The notes: generated by a model not told the origin, from the letters alone. 64,000 nucleotides of DNA from Actinomycetota bacterium (GCA_046716145.1 JBKJXU010000097.1:9676-73675); one strand, 5' to 3'. Counted from the first letter of the stretch, positions 19,957 to 30,660 are shown. Numbers and translations: made by a program.

Positions 19957-21071
19957 CCCCGCGCGCCACGCACGGGCGCGACGGCGTGTTGGTGGTCGGC
20001 CAGGGGCCGCCGGCTCGCGGGGGGATCCCTTCCTTCATCACCATGCTCCTCGATGACCCCGTGCTCGCCCACCGCGCCCGGCTCACCGCGCTCAACACCT
20101 CCCGGGCGCCGGCCCGACCGGGAGCAGCGACGCCCGCGAACGCCTGGTCGACCCTCCGCGACCTCGTACGCGTGTTCACCGCTGGGCGACGGGTGCGCAT
20201 CGTCCACCTGCACGTGGCGCCTGCGCCCCTGCTACCGCTGATGCGAGCGTCAGCGCTGGCCATCGCCGGGCGGATCTCGGGCGCGAAGGTGATCGTGCAC
20301 GCGCACAGCGGTCGGATGCACATCGCCGCCGCCTCGAGCCGCACCTACCGGGCCGGTCTCCGCTGGCTCGTTCGCATCGCGCATCGGATCGTGGTCGTGT
20401 CGAGCGACGGCGCCGACGTGTTGCGACGAGCGGGCGGCGAGCCGATCATGCTCCCGAACGCCGTCGACATCGGGCCGTCGGACCCCCCGTCGCGACCCGG
20501 GTCGCGGATCGTGGTCTTCGTGGGCACGGTGTGCGAGCGCAAAGGCCTGGATGACCTGCGGCTGGCCCTCGTCTCGCTCCGCGACGCAGGCGAGGAGGCG
20601 GCCGTGCCCGCGGGGGTCATCATCGTGGGTGACGGCCAGCAAGAGGGTCCGGGAGCATTCGATCGGGTCCGTGCCGCCTACGCGGCGAGCGGGCTGCTCG
20701 ACCTGGTCCGCTTCACCGGGGCGCTTCCTCCCGCAGGCGTCCGCTCCGAGCTGACGCGAGCGAGCGTGTTCTGCCTGCCCTCGCACTGGGAAGGTTCGCC
20801 CATCTCGATGCTCGAGGCGATGGCGGCCGGATGCGCGATCATCGCGACGCGTGTGGGTGAGATCTCATCCGTGCTGGAGGAGGCGGGGATCGTCATCGAA
20901 CCTCGTGACCCGGCCGCGCTCGCGGGAGCGATCGGCGGTCTCATGGCCGAACCCGCACGGAGAGCGGCACTCGGAGCGCATGCCCGGGAGCGCGTGGTGA
21001 GGAACTTCTCGCTCGACACGATGCGGGAGCGGCTGCTCGCGATCTACGCGGGCCTCGGTTACTCCAGGTAG
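19953..21071 (+). CDS. glycosyltransferase family 1 (GT4-like)
   Basis: GTG start overlapping ATP-grasp stop; C-terminal EGSPISMLEAMAAGCAIIAT (EX7E region). The 5' part of track ORF 18882-21071 is an Arg-rich alternate frame of the ATP-grasp gene. Confidence 0.8.
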   Translation: MTPRATHGRDGVLVVGQGPPARGGIPSFITMLLDDPVLAHRARLTALNTSRAPARPGAATPANAWSTLRDLVRVFTAGRRVRIVHLHVAPAPLLPLMRASALAIAGRISGAKVIVHAHSGRMHIAAASSRTYRAGLRWLVRIAHRIVVVSSDGADVLRRAGGEPIMLPNAVDIGPSDPPSRPGSRIVVFVGTVCERKGLDDLRLALVSLRDAGEEAAVPAGVIIVGDGQQEGPGAFDRVRAAYAASGLLDLVRFTGALPPAGVRSELTRASVFCLPSHWEGSPISMLEAMAAGCAIIATRVGEISSVLEEAGIVIEPRDPAALAGAIGGLMAEPARRAALGAHARERVVRNFSLDTMRERLLAIYAGLGYSR

Positions 21072-22696
21072 CCCAGACCTCGCAACGACTCTTCGATCTG
21101 CCGCTCGTCCTCTTCGGTGAAGGGGTAGACCGCGGGGTCGTCGCCCCCGTCGCCGCGCGCTTCGGCACCCGGCGCGACGTTCCGTTCGGCGCCCGTGGCC
21201 GCACGCGACACGATCTCTTCGGCCACGCGGCCGTCGAGCCCGTCGGGGACGCCGAGCCCCGCAACGCGGAACGCCGTCGGCAGGACGTCCACCACCCGCA
21301 GCGATCGCGGGATCGGCCCCGGCACGAAGGACGGACCGGCGCCGATGAACACCCCGTCCTGATGGTGATAACCCCACGGCCGATCGCGATGGTCGGTGAG
21401 CGGGGACGTCGCGGCGAGCGTGTCGGACAGTTCGTATCGCTGATCACGACAGATCGGGAACAGGTGCGGAGCCCGGGACGCGAACGGTCCGACGGCCGCT
21501 TTGTGGCGTGGGATCACGCGATCGACCACGGGGTCGCCGTCGGCCGGGTCGACGAGACCGAGGAGCCGTTCGGTGATCTCCGCGGTGACCTCCTCGGTGC
21601 GCCCGGCGTCGAGCACCCCGTGCGGCAACGCAGGACCGCGCTCGTTCACATGGATCCCCTGTTCGGCCACCTGCGATGCGAACGCCTCGGTGCTGTCCCA
21701 GTCCAGTCCTCGGTTGATGCGGTTCTTCGCCTTCAGCAACAGACCCCGAGGCAACAGGCGGCGTGCCGCCGCTTGGATCGGGCCGGCGACCACCCCGGCG
21801 CGCGTGATCCTGCTCACGGCCGGGAGCCGCAGGTACCCCCACTCGTGCAGCAAGAGGTTGACATTGAGCGTCTTCTCCCACGGCCCCGCCCCGTGATCGG
21901 AGACGATGAGGACATCGCCTTCGGGACCGGCCCACGCGACGAGATCCGCGATCGCGAGGTCGAGCTCGGCGAAGTATGCCCACGCGCGCTCGCGCATCCG
22001 CGGCGCCTCCGGCCGTGCGTACCAGTCCGAGCACTCCACCAGGTACTGGTAGTGCAGGTGCTGCAGGCGGTCGGTCCCTTCGAACACCGCGAAGACCATG
22101 TCGACGTCACGCCGTTCGAGCAGCGCCCCCAGAACCGCCCTGCGCTTGATCTGGATCGCGGTGACCTCGTCGATCGCGGAGGGACGCGTCCAGTCGTTCT
22201 CATACGACACGACCGTGTCGATCGGGTAGGACCCGCCGGTCACCTCGCGGATCACGTCGGCCACCTCCGGGTCGGAGGCGAACCCATCGACATCCGGAGA
22301 GGTCCAACCGGCCGCCAGGCCGCCGGACACGAGGAACCCCCGCACACCGGGAGCGGGTGGGTAGGTCATCGGCACGTTGTAGACGCCGATCGAGACGTCG
22401 CGTGCTTCGGTGAACCGCCAGATCGGGGTCGACGCGATCGTCCCCGCATGCGCGATCTTCGCCGGCTCCTGCGGAGTGGTGGCGAGGAAGCCGTAGACGT
22501 TGTGCCGGCCGGGGTTGACCCCGGTGATCATCGAGACCCAGGCGGGCGGCGTGTACGCAGGGGTCGTCGAGGTCAGCGTGCCGTGTGCGCCGCGGTCTCG
22601 GAGCGCGGCCAGGGCCGGCATCACGCCCGCAGCGAACAACGGGTCGAGCAGCCGGGAAGTCGCGCCGTCGAGCCCGATGATCGCCGTTTTGCCCAC
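21059..22696 (-). CDS. AlkP-superfamily type I phosphodiesterase/nucleotide pyrophosphatase family protein (paralog 2)
   Basis: GTG start at 22696 preceded by GGGAGG SD; VGKTAIIGLDGATS...TPPAWVSMITGVNPGRHNVYGF, SDHG; acidic C-terminal tail ...EEDERQIEESLRGLGYLE. Confidence 0.75.
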   Translation of the reverse strand: MGKTAIIGLDGATSRLLDPLFAAGVMPALAALRDRGAHGTLTSTTPAYTPPAWVSMITGVNPGRHNVYGFLATTPQEPAKIAHAGTIASTPIWRFTEARDVSIGVYNVPMTYPPAPGVRGFLVSGGLAAGWTSPDVDGFASDPEVADVIREVTGGSYPIDTVVSYENDWTRPSAIDEVTAIQIKRRAVLGALLERRDVDMVFAVFEGTDRLQHLHYQYLVECSDWYARPEAPRMRERAWAYFAELDLAIADLVAWAGPEGDVLIVSDHGAGPWEKTLNVNLLLHEWGYLRLPAVSRITRAGVVAGPIQAAARRLLPRGLLLKAKNRINRGLDWDSTEAFASQVAEQGIHVNERGPALPHGVLDAGRTEEVTAEITERLLGLVDPADGDPVVDRVIPRHKAAVGPFASRAPHLFPICRDQRYELSDTLAATSPLTDHRDRPWGYHHQDGVFIGAGPSFVPGPIPRSLRVVDVLPTAFRVAGLGVPDGLDGRVAEEIVSRAATGAERNVAPGAEARGDGGDDPAVYPFTEEDERQIEESLRGLGYLE

Positions 22697-22903
22697 CGTC
22701 GCCTCCCGACGTACGCTCGCGTGCGTCACAGCAGGATACGGGCAGGCAGGCGTGCGCCCACCCGGCCGATGGAGGGGACGAGGAGGGACCGGTCGGCCGA
22801 TGCGTCCGGACCTTTCGACCGGGTACCGTGTCGTCCCCCGAACGGGGGATCGGTCTCGGATCGATGAGTCGCGCGCTCGTGGCACGGTCGGAGGGACCAG
22901 CGC

Positions 22904-23884
22904 ATGATGGACAAGATCCTCGAGATCATCGAACGGCGATGGACGCTCGCGGTGTTGACCGGCGCCCTCATCGGCTCGTCGATCGGCTTGCTCGGAACCA
23001 TCACGGCGCCCGATGTCTACGTCGCTCGCTCGCTCGTCGTCCTCACCAACGCGAGCATCCCGCCCGAAGAGTTCGCCGGGGTAGCTGGGGCGATGTTCCC
23101 GACCGATGCGGTCCTGCGTCCCGTCATCCGCCAGCTCGGGTTGGATCGAACGCCCAGCCAGTTGATCGCGGACGGGTCCGTGTCGTTGGAACCCCAGCCC
23201 GGCGGCCTGGCCGTGAACGTCGTCGCCCGGACGAACGGACCGGACCTCGCCGTCGCTATCGCGAACGCGACGGCAGCCCAACTCGCCGACGTGAGCCAGA
23301 TCAATGGGATCGGTGAGCTCGCCGAGTTCCCCGCGGAGGGCCCAGCCGGGGTCCAGGCCGACTCGCCGCTGCGCGGGATCGCCCTGGGTGCTCTCATCGG
23401 CGCGGTGATCGCGGCGCTCGATGTGGCGATCGTCTTCCTGTTCCGGCGCAGGAGCCTCGGCTCCGACGGGAGGTTCCGGTTCGACGCGATGGTGCGCGCG
23501 AGCGTGACGGCCGCCACCGAGGAGACAACGTCTCCGACGGTGAGCGCCGCGTATCCGCTGGGGGCCCTGCTCGGCATGCTCGGTGAAGAGGCGGGCGGGC
23601 ATGAGGTGGTCGCCGTGGTCCTGGACGGTGGGCGCGACCTGTGGGCCTCGCTCGCGGCAGCCGACGAGCTCAGGCGTCTCGCGGAAGGTCGCCGCTCGGG
23701 CGGCTTCCGCGTGCTCTCCCCCGGCGAGGAGCCATCCGACGAAGACACCGCGGGCCCTGTGCTCGTGATCGCGGCCGACCACACGCCGGCCTCGCGGCTA
23801 CGTGACCTCCGCCGCCGGCTCCGCGACAGCAACGGTGACGCGACCACGGCCCTGCTCTTGGTCCGCGCATTCGACGGAGGCTGA
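22904..23884 (+). CDS. Wzz-like polysaccharide chain-length determinant / co-polymerase family protein
   Basis: N-terminal TM (LAVLTGALIGSSIGLLGTI), periplasmic region, second TM (LGALIGAVIAALDVAIVFLF), cytoplasmic C-terminal domain. Confidence 0.5.
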   Translation: MMDKILEIIERRWTLAVLTGALIGSSIGLLGTITAPDVYVARSLVVLTNASIPPEEFAGVAGAMFPTDAVLRPVIRQLGLDRTPSQLIADGSVSLEPQPGGLAVNVVARTNGPDLAVAIANATAAQLADVSQINGIGELAEFPAEGPAGVQADSPLRGIALGALIGAVIAALDVAIVFLFRRRSLGSDGRFRFDAMVRASVTAATEETTSPTVSAAYPLGALLGMLGEEAGGHEVVAVVLDGGRDLWASLAAADELRRLAEGRRSGGFRVLSPGEEPSDEDTAGPVLVIAADHTPASRLRDLRRRLRDSNGDATTALLLVRAFDGG

Positions 23885-23888
23885 AGCC

Positions 23889-24785
23889 GTGCGGGATGCG
23901 AGCGCCGATGACGGCCTGCTCGTCGACTGGCTCGCCCACTACGCGGCACTCATGCTCGTCATCATCGTCGTGATCACGGCGGGGGCTACGGCCTGGGCGG
24001 CGTTCGTCCTGCCGAGCCGCGAGATGTGGACCATCGTCGTGGACTCGACCCAAGACGTGCCGGCACGCGAGCTCGGCGTGGTCGGCGAGGCCCTCTTCCA
24101 GGCGGAGGACACCTCGACCGAGGCGATGGCGGCGCTCGGCTTGACCGGTGAGCCCGAGCAGCTCTATCGCTTCGTCCAGCTCCGAGCCGTCCCCGAGTCA
24201 CGTCTCCTGATCGTCGTCGCACGGACCGATGACCTCTACACCGCGTCGAGCGCCACCGACGCGATGGCACAGGCGCTCGTGCACGCGTTCGAGCGGGCCG
24301 GCTATACGGGGATGCGGGTCTTGGGGGCGCCGCAGCCGGCTCCCGTCGCCTCGGGCCTCTCGGTCGGTGTCGTGGCGCTCGCGGCCGTGGTGATGGGGAT
24401 CGTCCTGGCGCTCGGGGTCGCGATCGTCGCCTACCGATCGCGCCGGCCGGTCCTCACGATGCAACGTGCCGCCGCGCTCGTCGATCCGCTCACCGTCGCG
24501 TCGATCCCGGGAAGCGCCCGAGCGCTGGGCTCGCTCCGGCGGCGCCCGCCGAGGATCTCGAGGGGGTCGCTCCGGCTCGCAGCGCCGTTCGGTGACGACA
24601 CGAGGCTGCAGGCCCCCGGTTTCTCCGAGCGGGATCGGCGAAAGCTCGCGCGCTCGCTCGGGGTACCTGCGCGCAGCGAGGGTCCCCGCGCCGTCATCGC
24701 GTGCGACGCTGCCACGCGCGAGCGCGATCTCCGCGCCGTGACCAGCACGAACGCGTCCCCGCTCGAGCTGCTATGGATCGCGTGA
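23889..24785 (+). CDS. second Wzz-like two-TM membrane protein
   Basis: GTG 5 nt after previous stop; TM (LMLVIIVVITAGATAWAAFVL), periplasmic segment, TM (VALAAVVMGIVLALGVAIVAY), Arg-rich C-terminus. Confidence 0.45.
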   Translation: MRDASADDGLLVDWLAHYAALMLVIIVVITAGATAWAAFVLPSREMWTIVVDSTQDVPARELGVVGEALFQAEDTSTEAMAALGLTGEPEQLYRFVQLRAVPESRLLIVVARTDDLYTASSATDAMAQALVHAFERAGYTGMRVLGAPQPAPVASGLSVGVVALAAVVMGIVLALGVAIVAYRSRRPVLTMQRAAALVDPLTVASIPGSARALGSLRRRPPRISRGSLRLAAPFGDDTRLQAPGFSERDRRKLARSLGVPARSEGPRAVIACDAATRERDLRAVTSTNASPLELLWIA

Positions 24786-24938
24786 GCGGCACGCCCCTTC
24801 ACCGGCCTGGTCACCGCGGACCAGATCCTGGCAGGATGCGCGGGATCCCCCCTCACGTTTCGCCCCTTCCCCGCCGATGTTCTTCCATGAGTGGGGACCG
24901 TTCCTGGCCACGCTCAGCCGGAGGGACGGAAGGGGTTC

Positions 24939-25916
24939 GTGCGTGTGATCGAGGCTCGCCGATCGAGGCGATGGATGGGACTGGGAGTGAGCGCCGCGGT
25001 GCTCGCGGTCTCGATGGCGCCCGCTGCGCACGCGGTCTACAGACCGTTCGTGGATCGGAGCTACTGGAACCGATCGCTGCCGAACGACGCCCCACGCCAC
25101 CCCGACTCCGCACGAATCATCGACTTCCTGCGAGTCGACAACGACACGAACTACATCCGGCTGGCGGGAGCGACGCCGACGGGCGAGTGGGGCATGCCGA
25201 TCTACTGGCCCAGGCGCGAAGCACCCGTGTACGACGTCGGCCGCAACTGCAGCGTCGAGCAACCGCGCGAGTTCAACAACGTCCGCATCCCTCGGGGAGC
25301 GCGCCCAGATCCGACGAACGACGCCGCCATGACGATCATCGACAGGAACCGCGGGGTGGCCTACGGCCTCCATCACGCCCGCTACGACCGGAAGAACGAC
25401 CGCTGGACATCCTGCGGCGGGACCGTCTACTACCTCGCATCGAACGGCTTGCACGGCGACCTTCGCGCATCGGACGAGAAGCGCAATCGCGGTCACCGGG
25501 GCGTCCCGCCGACCATCTCGGCCGTGCGCTTCGACGAGGTGCGCGCGGGCTCGATCGACCACATCCTCAAGATCGCGGTGAACAGGACCGCGTGCCGGCA
25601 CGTCTTCCCGATGATCGACAGCGAGTGCGGTACGACGAACCGCTACGCGCCGCCGGAGGGCATACGGATCAGGATCAGGCCGGGGGTCAACCTCGAGAGA
25701 CTGCATCTGTCGCCGGCCGCGCTCGTCATCGCCCGGGCCCTGAAGCGGTACGGCGCGATCATCGGGGATCAATCCGGGGGTCCGATCGTCCTCAAGCTGG
25801 AGAACACGGTCGCGGAGGGTCGCGGGTTCCTGTGGAAGGGCATCCTCACACCGACATCGCTGGAGCGGATCCCGCTCCGCTATCTCGAGGTCTTGGCGCC
25901 GGGCTACCGGCCGTAG
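24939..25916 (+). CDS. secreted hypothetical protein (unknown function, in glycan cluster)
   Basis: Signal peptide RRSRRWMGLGVSAAVLAVSMAPAAHA; no recognised motif; start (GTG 24939 or Met 24975) uncertain. Confidence 0.5.
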   Translation: MRVIEARRSRRWMGLGVSAAVLAVSMAPAAHAVYRPFVDRSYWNRSLPNDAPRHPDSARIIDFLRVDNDTNYIRLAGATPTGEWGMPIYWPRREAPVYDVGRNCSVEQPREFNNVRIPRGARPDPTNDAAMTIIDRNRGVAYGLHHARYDRKNDRWTSCGGTVYYLASNGLHGDLRASDEKRNRGHRGVPPTISAVRFDEVRAGSIDHILKIAVNRTACRHVFPMIDSECGTTNRYAPPEGIRIRIRPGVNLERLHLSPAALVIARALKRYGAIIGDQSGGPIVLKLENTVAEGRGFLWKGILTPTSLERIPLRYLEVLAPGYRP

Positions 25917-25938
25917 CACCGCACCGAGGGAGGTCCGC

Positions 25939-27300
25939 GTGGACCTCCTGACGCTGGCGATCGGCGGCCTCGCGGCGATCTGCGCGTGGCTCTGGGCGGT
26001 GCGCGACCCGATGCGGACGATCGTGCCGGCCTACGCCGCACTCATCCCCTTGGGTGGGGTGCTCGCGCTGCGGATCCCGCTGCCGGCGCCGTTCAACACA
26101 CTCTCCTCGGCCGCGGGTGCACTCGCGATCGTCGCGCTGGCCGTGCACCTCGTGCGTTCCGGGCGTGGCCGTGTGCCCTCCCTCCCTGTGGGTGGCTGGC
26201 TCCTGTTCGTGGCGTGGGGCGCCATGACGGTGCTGTGGTCCGTCGACCCGACGGACGTCGTTCGGGAGATGACCCTCGCCGTGCCGCTGCTGGCCATCGT
26301 GGTGCTCGTCGCGATGGAGCCGGCGGATGATGGCGACCTCCGACGGATCGCATGGGCCACGCTGGCGTCGGGCGCAGCGATCGGCGCGTACGGGATGGCG
26401 CTCATCGTGGTCGGCGGCTCGCTCCCGGAGCACGGGCTGTCGGCGCGGTTCTCGCTCAGCGCCGACACGAACCCGAACCAACTGGCAACCAGTCTGTTGT
26501 TGCCCTTCTTCCTGGGCTTGGGCCTGACCCTGGATCGTCGCGACCCCGGTGCGCAGCGTTGGCGGGCCTACGCGGCGCCGGGCGGCACCATCCTGACGGG
26601 TGCGGCCATCGCGCTGTCCGGCTCGCGTGGCGGCGCGCTCGCTACGGCATTGGGCTCCGCCGTGTTCGTGGCGCTCGCCTGGCGCTGGTCGCCGTGGCGG
26701 CGCGACGCGGTCCGCCGCCTCGTCGCGGCAGGCATGGCCGGTGCCGCCGCGCTCGTTCTCACGGGCGTGCTCGCTACTTCGCTAGCGCCCGACAGCCGCA
26801 TCGCCTCGCTCCTTGCTGGGGACGCGGTCGGCCGGCTGGGAGCTGTGGAGTCGTCTTCGGGCCGGGCAGAGATCTGGACGGCCGGGGCCTTGGCGTGCAC
26901 GGCATACTGCGGCGTCGGATCCGGTCTCGGCACGTTCCCCGACGTGTACAACGACGTGTTCGCGTTCTCCAACGTCACCCGCAACGTCGGTGCCAGCCGC
27001 CCCGGACACAACCTCTACCTGGAGATCGCGGTCGAGACCGGACTACTCGGCATCGTGCTGTTCTGGATGGCGATCGGGAGCGAGTTCCGCGCGATCGCCA
27101 GACGCCGTGCCTCATGGCTCGCCCCGGCGCTGGCCGCAGCCATCGTTGCGATCCTGGTGGCTGACATCTTCGAGGGATTCCTGTGGTTCAAGCATGCGTG
27201 GCTGCCCTTCACCGTGATCCGCGTCTTCGAGTCCGCGGCGGATCGGAGCGCATCGGCCGAGGCCCGCCGGGAAGCGGCGTTCCCGCGGGTCATCTCGTGA
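25939..27300 (+). CDS. O-antigen ligase/polymerase family membrane protein (Wzy/WaaL-like)
   Basis: 453 aa, about 10-12 TM helices, LSGSRGG motif in a periplasmic loop typical of the O-antigen ligase/Wzy_C family. Confidence 0.7.
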   Translation: MDLLTLAIGGLAAICAWLWAVRDPMRTIVPAYAALIPLGGVLALRIPLPAPFNTLSSAAGALAIVALAVHLVRSGRGRVPSLPVGGWLLFVAWGAMTVLWSVDPTDVVREMTLAVPLLAIVVLVAMEPADDGDLRRIAWATLASGAAIGAYGMALIVVGGSLPEHGLSARFSLSADTNPNQLATSLLLPFFLGLGLTLDRRDPGAQRWRAYAAPGGTILTGAAIALSGSRGGALATALGSAVFVALAWRWSPWRRDAVRRLVAAGMAGAAALVLTGVLATSLAPDSRIASLLAGDAVGRLGAVESSSGRAEIWTAGALACTAYCGVGSGLGTFPDVYNDVFAFSNVTRNVGASRPGHNLYLEIAVETGLLGIVLFWMAIGSEFRAIARRRASWLAPALAAAIVAILVADIFEGFLWFKHAWLPFTVIRVFESAADRSASAEARREAAFPRVIS

Positions 27301-28223
27301 ACCTGCCGAACCTCCTGATCGCCGGGGTCCCGAAGGCAGCGACCGGGTCGCTGTTCGCCTACCTGGGACAACACCCGGCCGTGTGTGCGTCGAGCCGCAA
27401 GGAGATCAAGTACTTCTCCCCCGACGCCGCTGATGGCCGGTCGCGTCCGCTCGAGTGGTACGAGCGCTTCTTCGCCCATCGCGCCGGTGAACCGTTCGCG
27501 CTCGAGGCGACGCCGTCCTACTGCTACATGGGACCACGTGTGATCGACGCCATCGGGTCGAGCCTGGAGCGTCCCCGGGTGATCTGGATCCTTCGTGATC
27601 CGGTGGATCGCCTCTGGTCGGCCTACACGTTCCAACGGAGCCTCGGGCACCTGCCCGCGGGTATCGACACGTTCGAGGTGTACATCGATGCATGCATCGC
27701 CGAACGGACGGCCCATCCCCGCGTGCTGGACCAAGGATCGTTCAAAGGACTGTCGATAGGGATGTACGGCGAGCACCTACCGGCCTGGGACGAGGCCTTC
27801 GGCGAGGATCTGCGCGTGCTCTTCTTCGATGATCTCGCGAGGGACCCCGTCGAGGTGGTTCGGGGCGTGTGTGGGTGGCTGGGCATCGACGGCTCCGTGG
27901 TCGACGGGTTCGTGTGGGAAGCACACAACCCGACGGTGCACCCCCGCAGCGTGACACTCGCGCGAGGTGCAGCGACCGCCCGCGGTTGGAGCAAGCGCGT
28001 GCTTCGGCGGGCGCCGGGCCTGCGCAAACGGCTTCGCGATACCTACGTCCGGGCGAACGCGGGCATCCTGCGGGAAAGGCCGCGACCCGAGACGACCGAG
28101 CGGCTCCGGACGCTGTACGCCGGGTCCAACGCTGTCGTGATGAACGTGGCGCGGCGGCGCGGCATGACGCCGCTCCCGGACTGGCTCGAGCCCCCTCAGC
28201 CCTCCGGCACGAACCCCGCCTGA
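27297..28223 (+). CDS. PAPS-dependent sulfotransferase (Stf0-like, paralog 1)
   Basis: GTG overlapping previous stop (GTGA); 5'-PSB LIAGVPKAATGSL and 3'-PB ILRDPVDRLWSAY motifs. Confidence 0.75.
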   Translation: MNLPNLLIAGVPKAATGSLFAYLGQHPAVCASSRKEIKYFSPDAADGRSRPLEWYERFFAHRAGEPFALEATPSYCYMGPRVIDAIGSSLERPRVIWILRDPVDRLWSAYTFQRSLGHLPAGIDTFEVYIDACIAERTAHPRVLDQGSFKGLSIGMYGEHLPAWDEAFGEDLRVLFFDDLARDPVEVVRGVCGWLGIDGSVVDGFVWEAHNPTVHPRSVTLARGAATARGWSKRVLRRAPGLRKRLRDTYVRANAGILRERPRPETTERLRTLYAGSNAVVMNVARRRGMTPLPDWLEPPQPSGTNPA

Positions 28224-29740
28224 TCGGGGTCCCGGCCGCTCGCGGAGTCCTCACCACGCACGCGCAGCGCCCGCAGCGCCGATCTGTCCTCCTCGGACAG
28301 ACCCAGTCCCCAGAGGGCGACGACGTACGCCACAGCGACGACCGCCGCCGCGACGATGGCAGCGCTCGCGCCGTCGACCGGGACGATCGCCACGACGAGC
28401 AGCGAGCCAGCCGCGGCGACGCTCGCGGCGAGTGCAGGTTTCCAGACGTCGCGCGAGAACGGGAGTATCCGCTCGCGTGCCCAGATCTGCAGCAGGGGGA
28501 CCACGTTGTTCGAGGCGGTTCCCGCCGCCTTCGCGATGGCAGCGCCCGCGACGCCGTGCCGTGGGATGAGGACGAACGCGAGCCCGATCTCGAGCGCGAT
28601 CACGACGAGGTAATCGGCGAGCGCCGTCGCCGAGCGCCCCATCATGATCAGCGTGACGGTCACCGGGCCCGTCCCGAAGTTGAACAGCATCCCGAGGGCG
28701 AGGATCCGAAGCGCCGTCGTCCCTTCGGTGAACCCCGGCCCGAATACGGACAACAGCTCATGCGGGAAGGCGAGCATCAGGACCAGCAGGGGAGCACCGA
28801 GGGTGAACGTCCACCTGGTCGCGCTGCGATAGAGCGCGGCGAACTCCGTGCGCTTGCCCTGCAGGAAAAGGTCGGAGCCGATCGATGTGTAGACCTGGTT
28901 CAGCGAGTTCACGACCGATGTGAGGGCCCCGGCGATGCGGTTCGCGGCGGCGTACACGGCGGTCGCGATGACCGCCGCGATGGAACCCAAGAGCACCGGC
29001 ATGATCTGGCCTCGGCTCTGGCCGGCCAAGCGGGAGCCCCAGGCGGGCAATGCGAACCGTATGAGCGACCACGGTTCGACCGGTGCCACATCGCCCGTGA
29101 GCGGGACGCGACGCCACAAGACCGCGAGGGACACGGCGAGCAGAACGCACTCCGCCAGCAGGAGTCCGGCGTAGGCGGCCACCAACGACGCCGAGGCCAT
29201 CGCAAGCGCGCCGACCACGAGGAGCCGCACGGTCGGCTGCAGGACGTTGCGGATCAACGCCGCGTCGCGCATCTCCTTGAACGCCTGGGTGGCATACACG
29301 AGCACTTGACGCATACCGACGACCGGCGCCATCACGGCGGTCAGGCGCAACAGGGGCTCCAGATCCGCGTCGTGGAACACGGAGCGCGCGACGGGCCCCG
29401 CTGCCAGGAACAAGCCGGCACCGAGCAACGCGAGTCCGACCCCGGCGAGCGCCAGCGCCACGTGGATCGTTGCCCGTAGACGTGGGATATCGCCGATGCC
29501 GTGCTGGTAGGAGCCCTGACGCATCACGATCCAGTCGGCGCCGAGTTGCCCCACGATCGACAGGAGTTGCCCCAAGGAGAAGGCGATCGCCCACAGGCCG
29601 AAGGCGAGCTTGCCGTAGGTGCGCGCGATCACCACGGCCAGGACGAACGACCCGGCGAAGCTCACGACACCGCTGGACACGAGCAACGCCGAACCGCGCG
29701 CCATGCGGCCCGTGTGCGCGTGCACGACGGGGTCGTTCAT
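28196..29740 (-). CDS. wzx: Wzx-type polysaccharide flippase (MOP/PST family)
   Basis: 514 aa, 12-14 TM helices, polysaccharide biosynthesis protein family pattern; ATGA overlap with upstream sulfotransferase. Confidence 0.8.
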   Translation of the reverse strand: MNDPVVHAHTGRMARGSALLVSSGVVSFAGSFVLAVVIARTYGKLAFGLWAIAFSLGQLLSIVGQLGADWIVMRQGSYQHGIGDIPRLRATIHVALALAGVGLALLGAGLFLAAGPVARSVFHDADLEPLLRLTAVMAPVVGMRQVLVYATQAFKEMRDAALIRNVLQPTVRLLVVGALAMASASLVAAYAGLLLAECVLLAVSLAVLWRRVPLTGDVAPVEPWSLIRFALPAWGSRLAGQSRGQIMPVLLGSIAAVIATAVYAAANRIAGALTSVVNSLNQVYTSIGSDLFLQGKRTEFAALYRSATRWTFTLGAPLLVLMLAFPHELLSVFGPGFTEGTTALRILALGMLFNFGTGPVTVTLIMMGRSATALADYLVVIALEIGLAFVLIPRHGVAGAAIAKAAGTASNNVVPLLQIWARERILPFSRDVWKPALAASVAAAGSLLVVAIVPVDGASAAIVAAAVVAVAYVVALWGLGLSEEDRSALRALRVRGEDSASGRDPDQAGFVPEG

Positions 29741-30660
29741 GCGTACCCGAGCCGCGCCAACAGCGGCGCGCAGACCTCACCGACGGCACCCTGCACGTCC
29801 CCGGCCCAGGCGCGGTGCCGGCCGGTGTTCGGCTCGATCGAGGACCGCCGGGCGACACCGGGGTCTTCGAGGCCGGCGTGGTGAGGCGCGTCCGCGTACG
29901 CCATCACCGACGGATCCCACGCCTCGCCCAGGAACACGAAGAGGGGCGCGAGCGTGGCCGCCGGATCGGCCGTGAGGTCCTCGTAGCGGATCCGATAGCA
30001 CGCCTCGGGATGAGCGGCCTCGAAAGCCAGGATCTTCTCGGTCTGGGCGACCCAGAACCGTGCAGCACCGAGGGGCACGTCACCACCCGCCTCCCGCACC
30101 GACGCTCGTATGGCGGGGTAGAACCGCTCCGAGAGCGAATACGCGACATCGCGACCGTCGCGGACGATCGTTACGAAGCGTGCGCCGGGCCCGAACAGCG
30201 TCCAGAGGTCCTCGAGGAGGTCGACGTGATGCGGTGTCTTATCCGCCCACCGCGGCTTCCCCTGCGCGTCGGCGTAGGACTCGTAGAAGGACGCGATGAA
30301 CCGTGCGAGGGCCTGCGTGACGGCTTCGGCGCCGTACCCCATCCCGTCGAACCCCTTCCGCGCGCGAGGGTCGTGCAGCAGGTGCACGAGAGGACCGACG
30401 AACGCCGTCTCGGGGGGGCACGCGATCTTCGGATGCGAGTCGACGATACGGCGGAGCAGCGACGTGCCGCTCCTTTGGCAGCCAACCAGGAAGATGGCGT
30501 CCGCTCGGTCGGCATCACCGACCGAAGGCGCAGCCAGGGCTGGCGCACGGGGGTCGCGGGGCGCGGTGAGGCGGCCGACGGATCGACGCAGGCGACGTCG
30601 AAGGGTCACGGGCGGCTCACTCGATGTACCCGAGGCCGCGCAGGTGCTGCGCGATCTCAT
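29737..30660 (-). CDS. PAPS-dependent sulfotransferase (Stf0-like, paralog 2)
   Basis: 5'-PSB IFLVGCQRSGTSLL, 3'-PB IVRDGRDVAYS; start is either ATG 30660 or GTG 30609 (8 nt after the upstream AlkP stop). Confidence 0.75.
   Translation of the reverse strand: MRSRSTCAASGTSSEPPVTLRRRLRRSVGRLTAPRDPRAPALAAPSVGDADRADAIFLVGCQRSGTSLLRRIVDSHPKIACPPETAFVGPLVHLLHDPRARKGFDGMGYGAEAVTQALARFIASFYESYADAQGKPRWADKTPHHVDLLEDLWTLFGPGARFVTIVRDGRDVAYSLSERFYPAIRASVREAGGDVPLGAARFWVAQTEKILAFEAAHPEACYRIRYEDLTADPAATLAPLFVFLGEAWDPSVMAYADAPHHAGLEDPGVARRSSIEPNTGRHRAWAGDVQGAVGEVCAPLLARLGYA

Noticed and set aside
22697-23782. N-terminal about 360 residues of the 907-aa track ORF 21059-23782
   Set aside because: Arg/Asp/Glu-rich alternate frame overlapping the Wzz-like gene on the other strand. 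The AlkP-family gene starts at GTG 22696, preceded by a GGGAGG Shine-Dalgarno.
28758-29858. 366-aa minus-strand ORF
   Set aside because: Alternate frame within wzx. Arg-rich, no TM helices.
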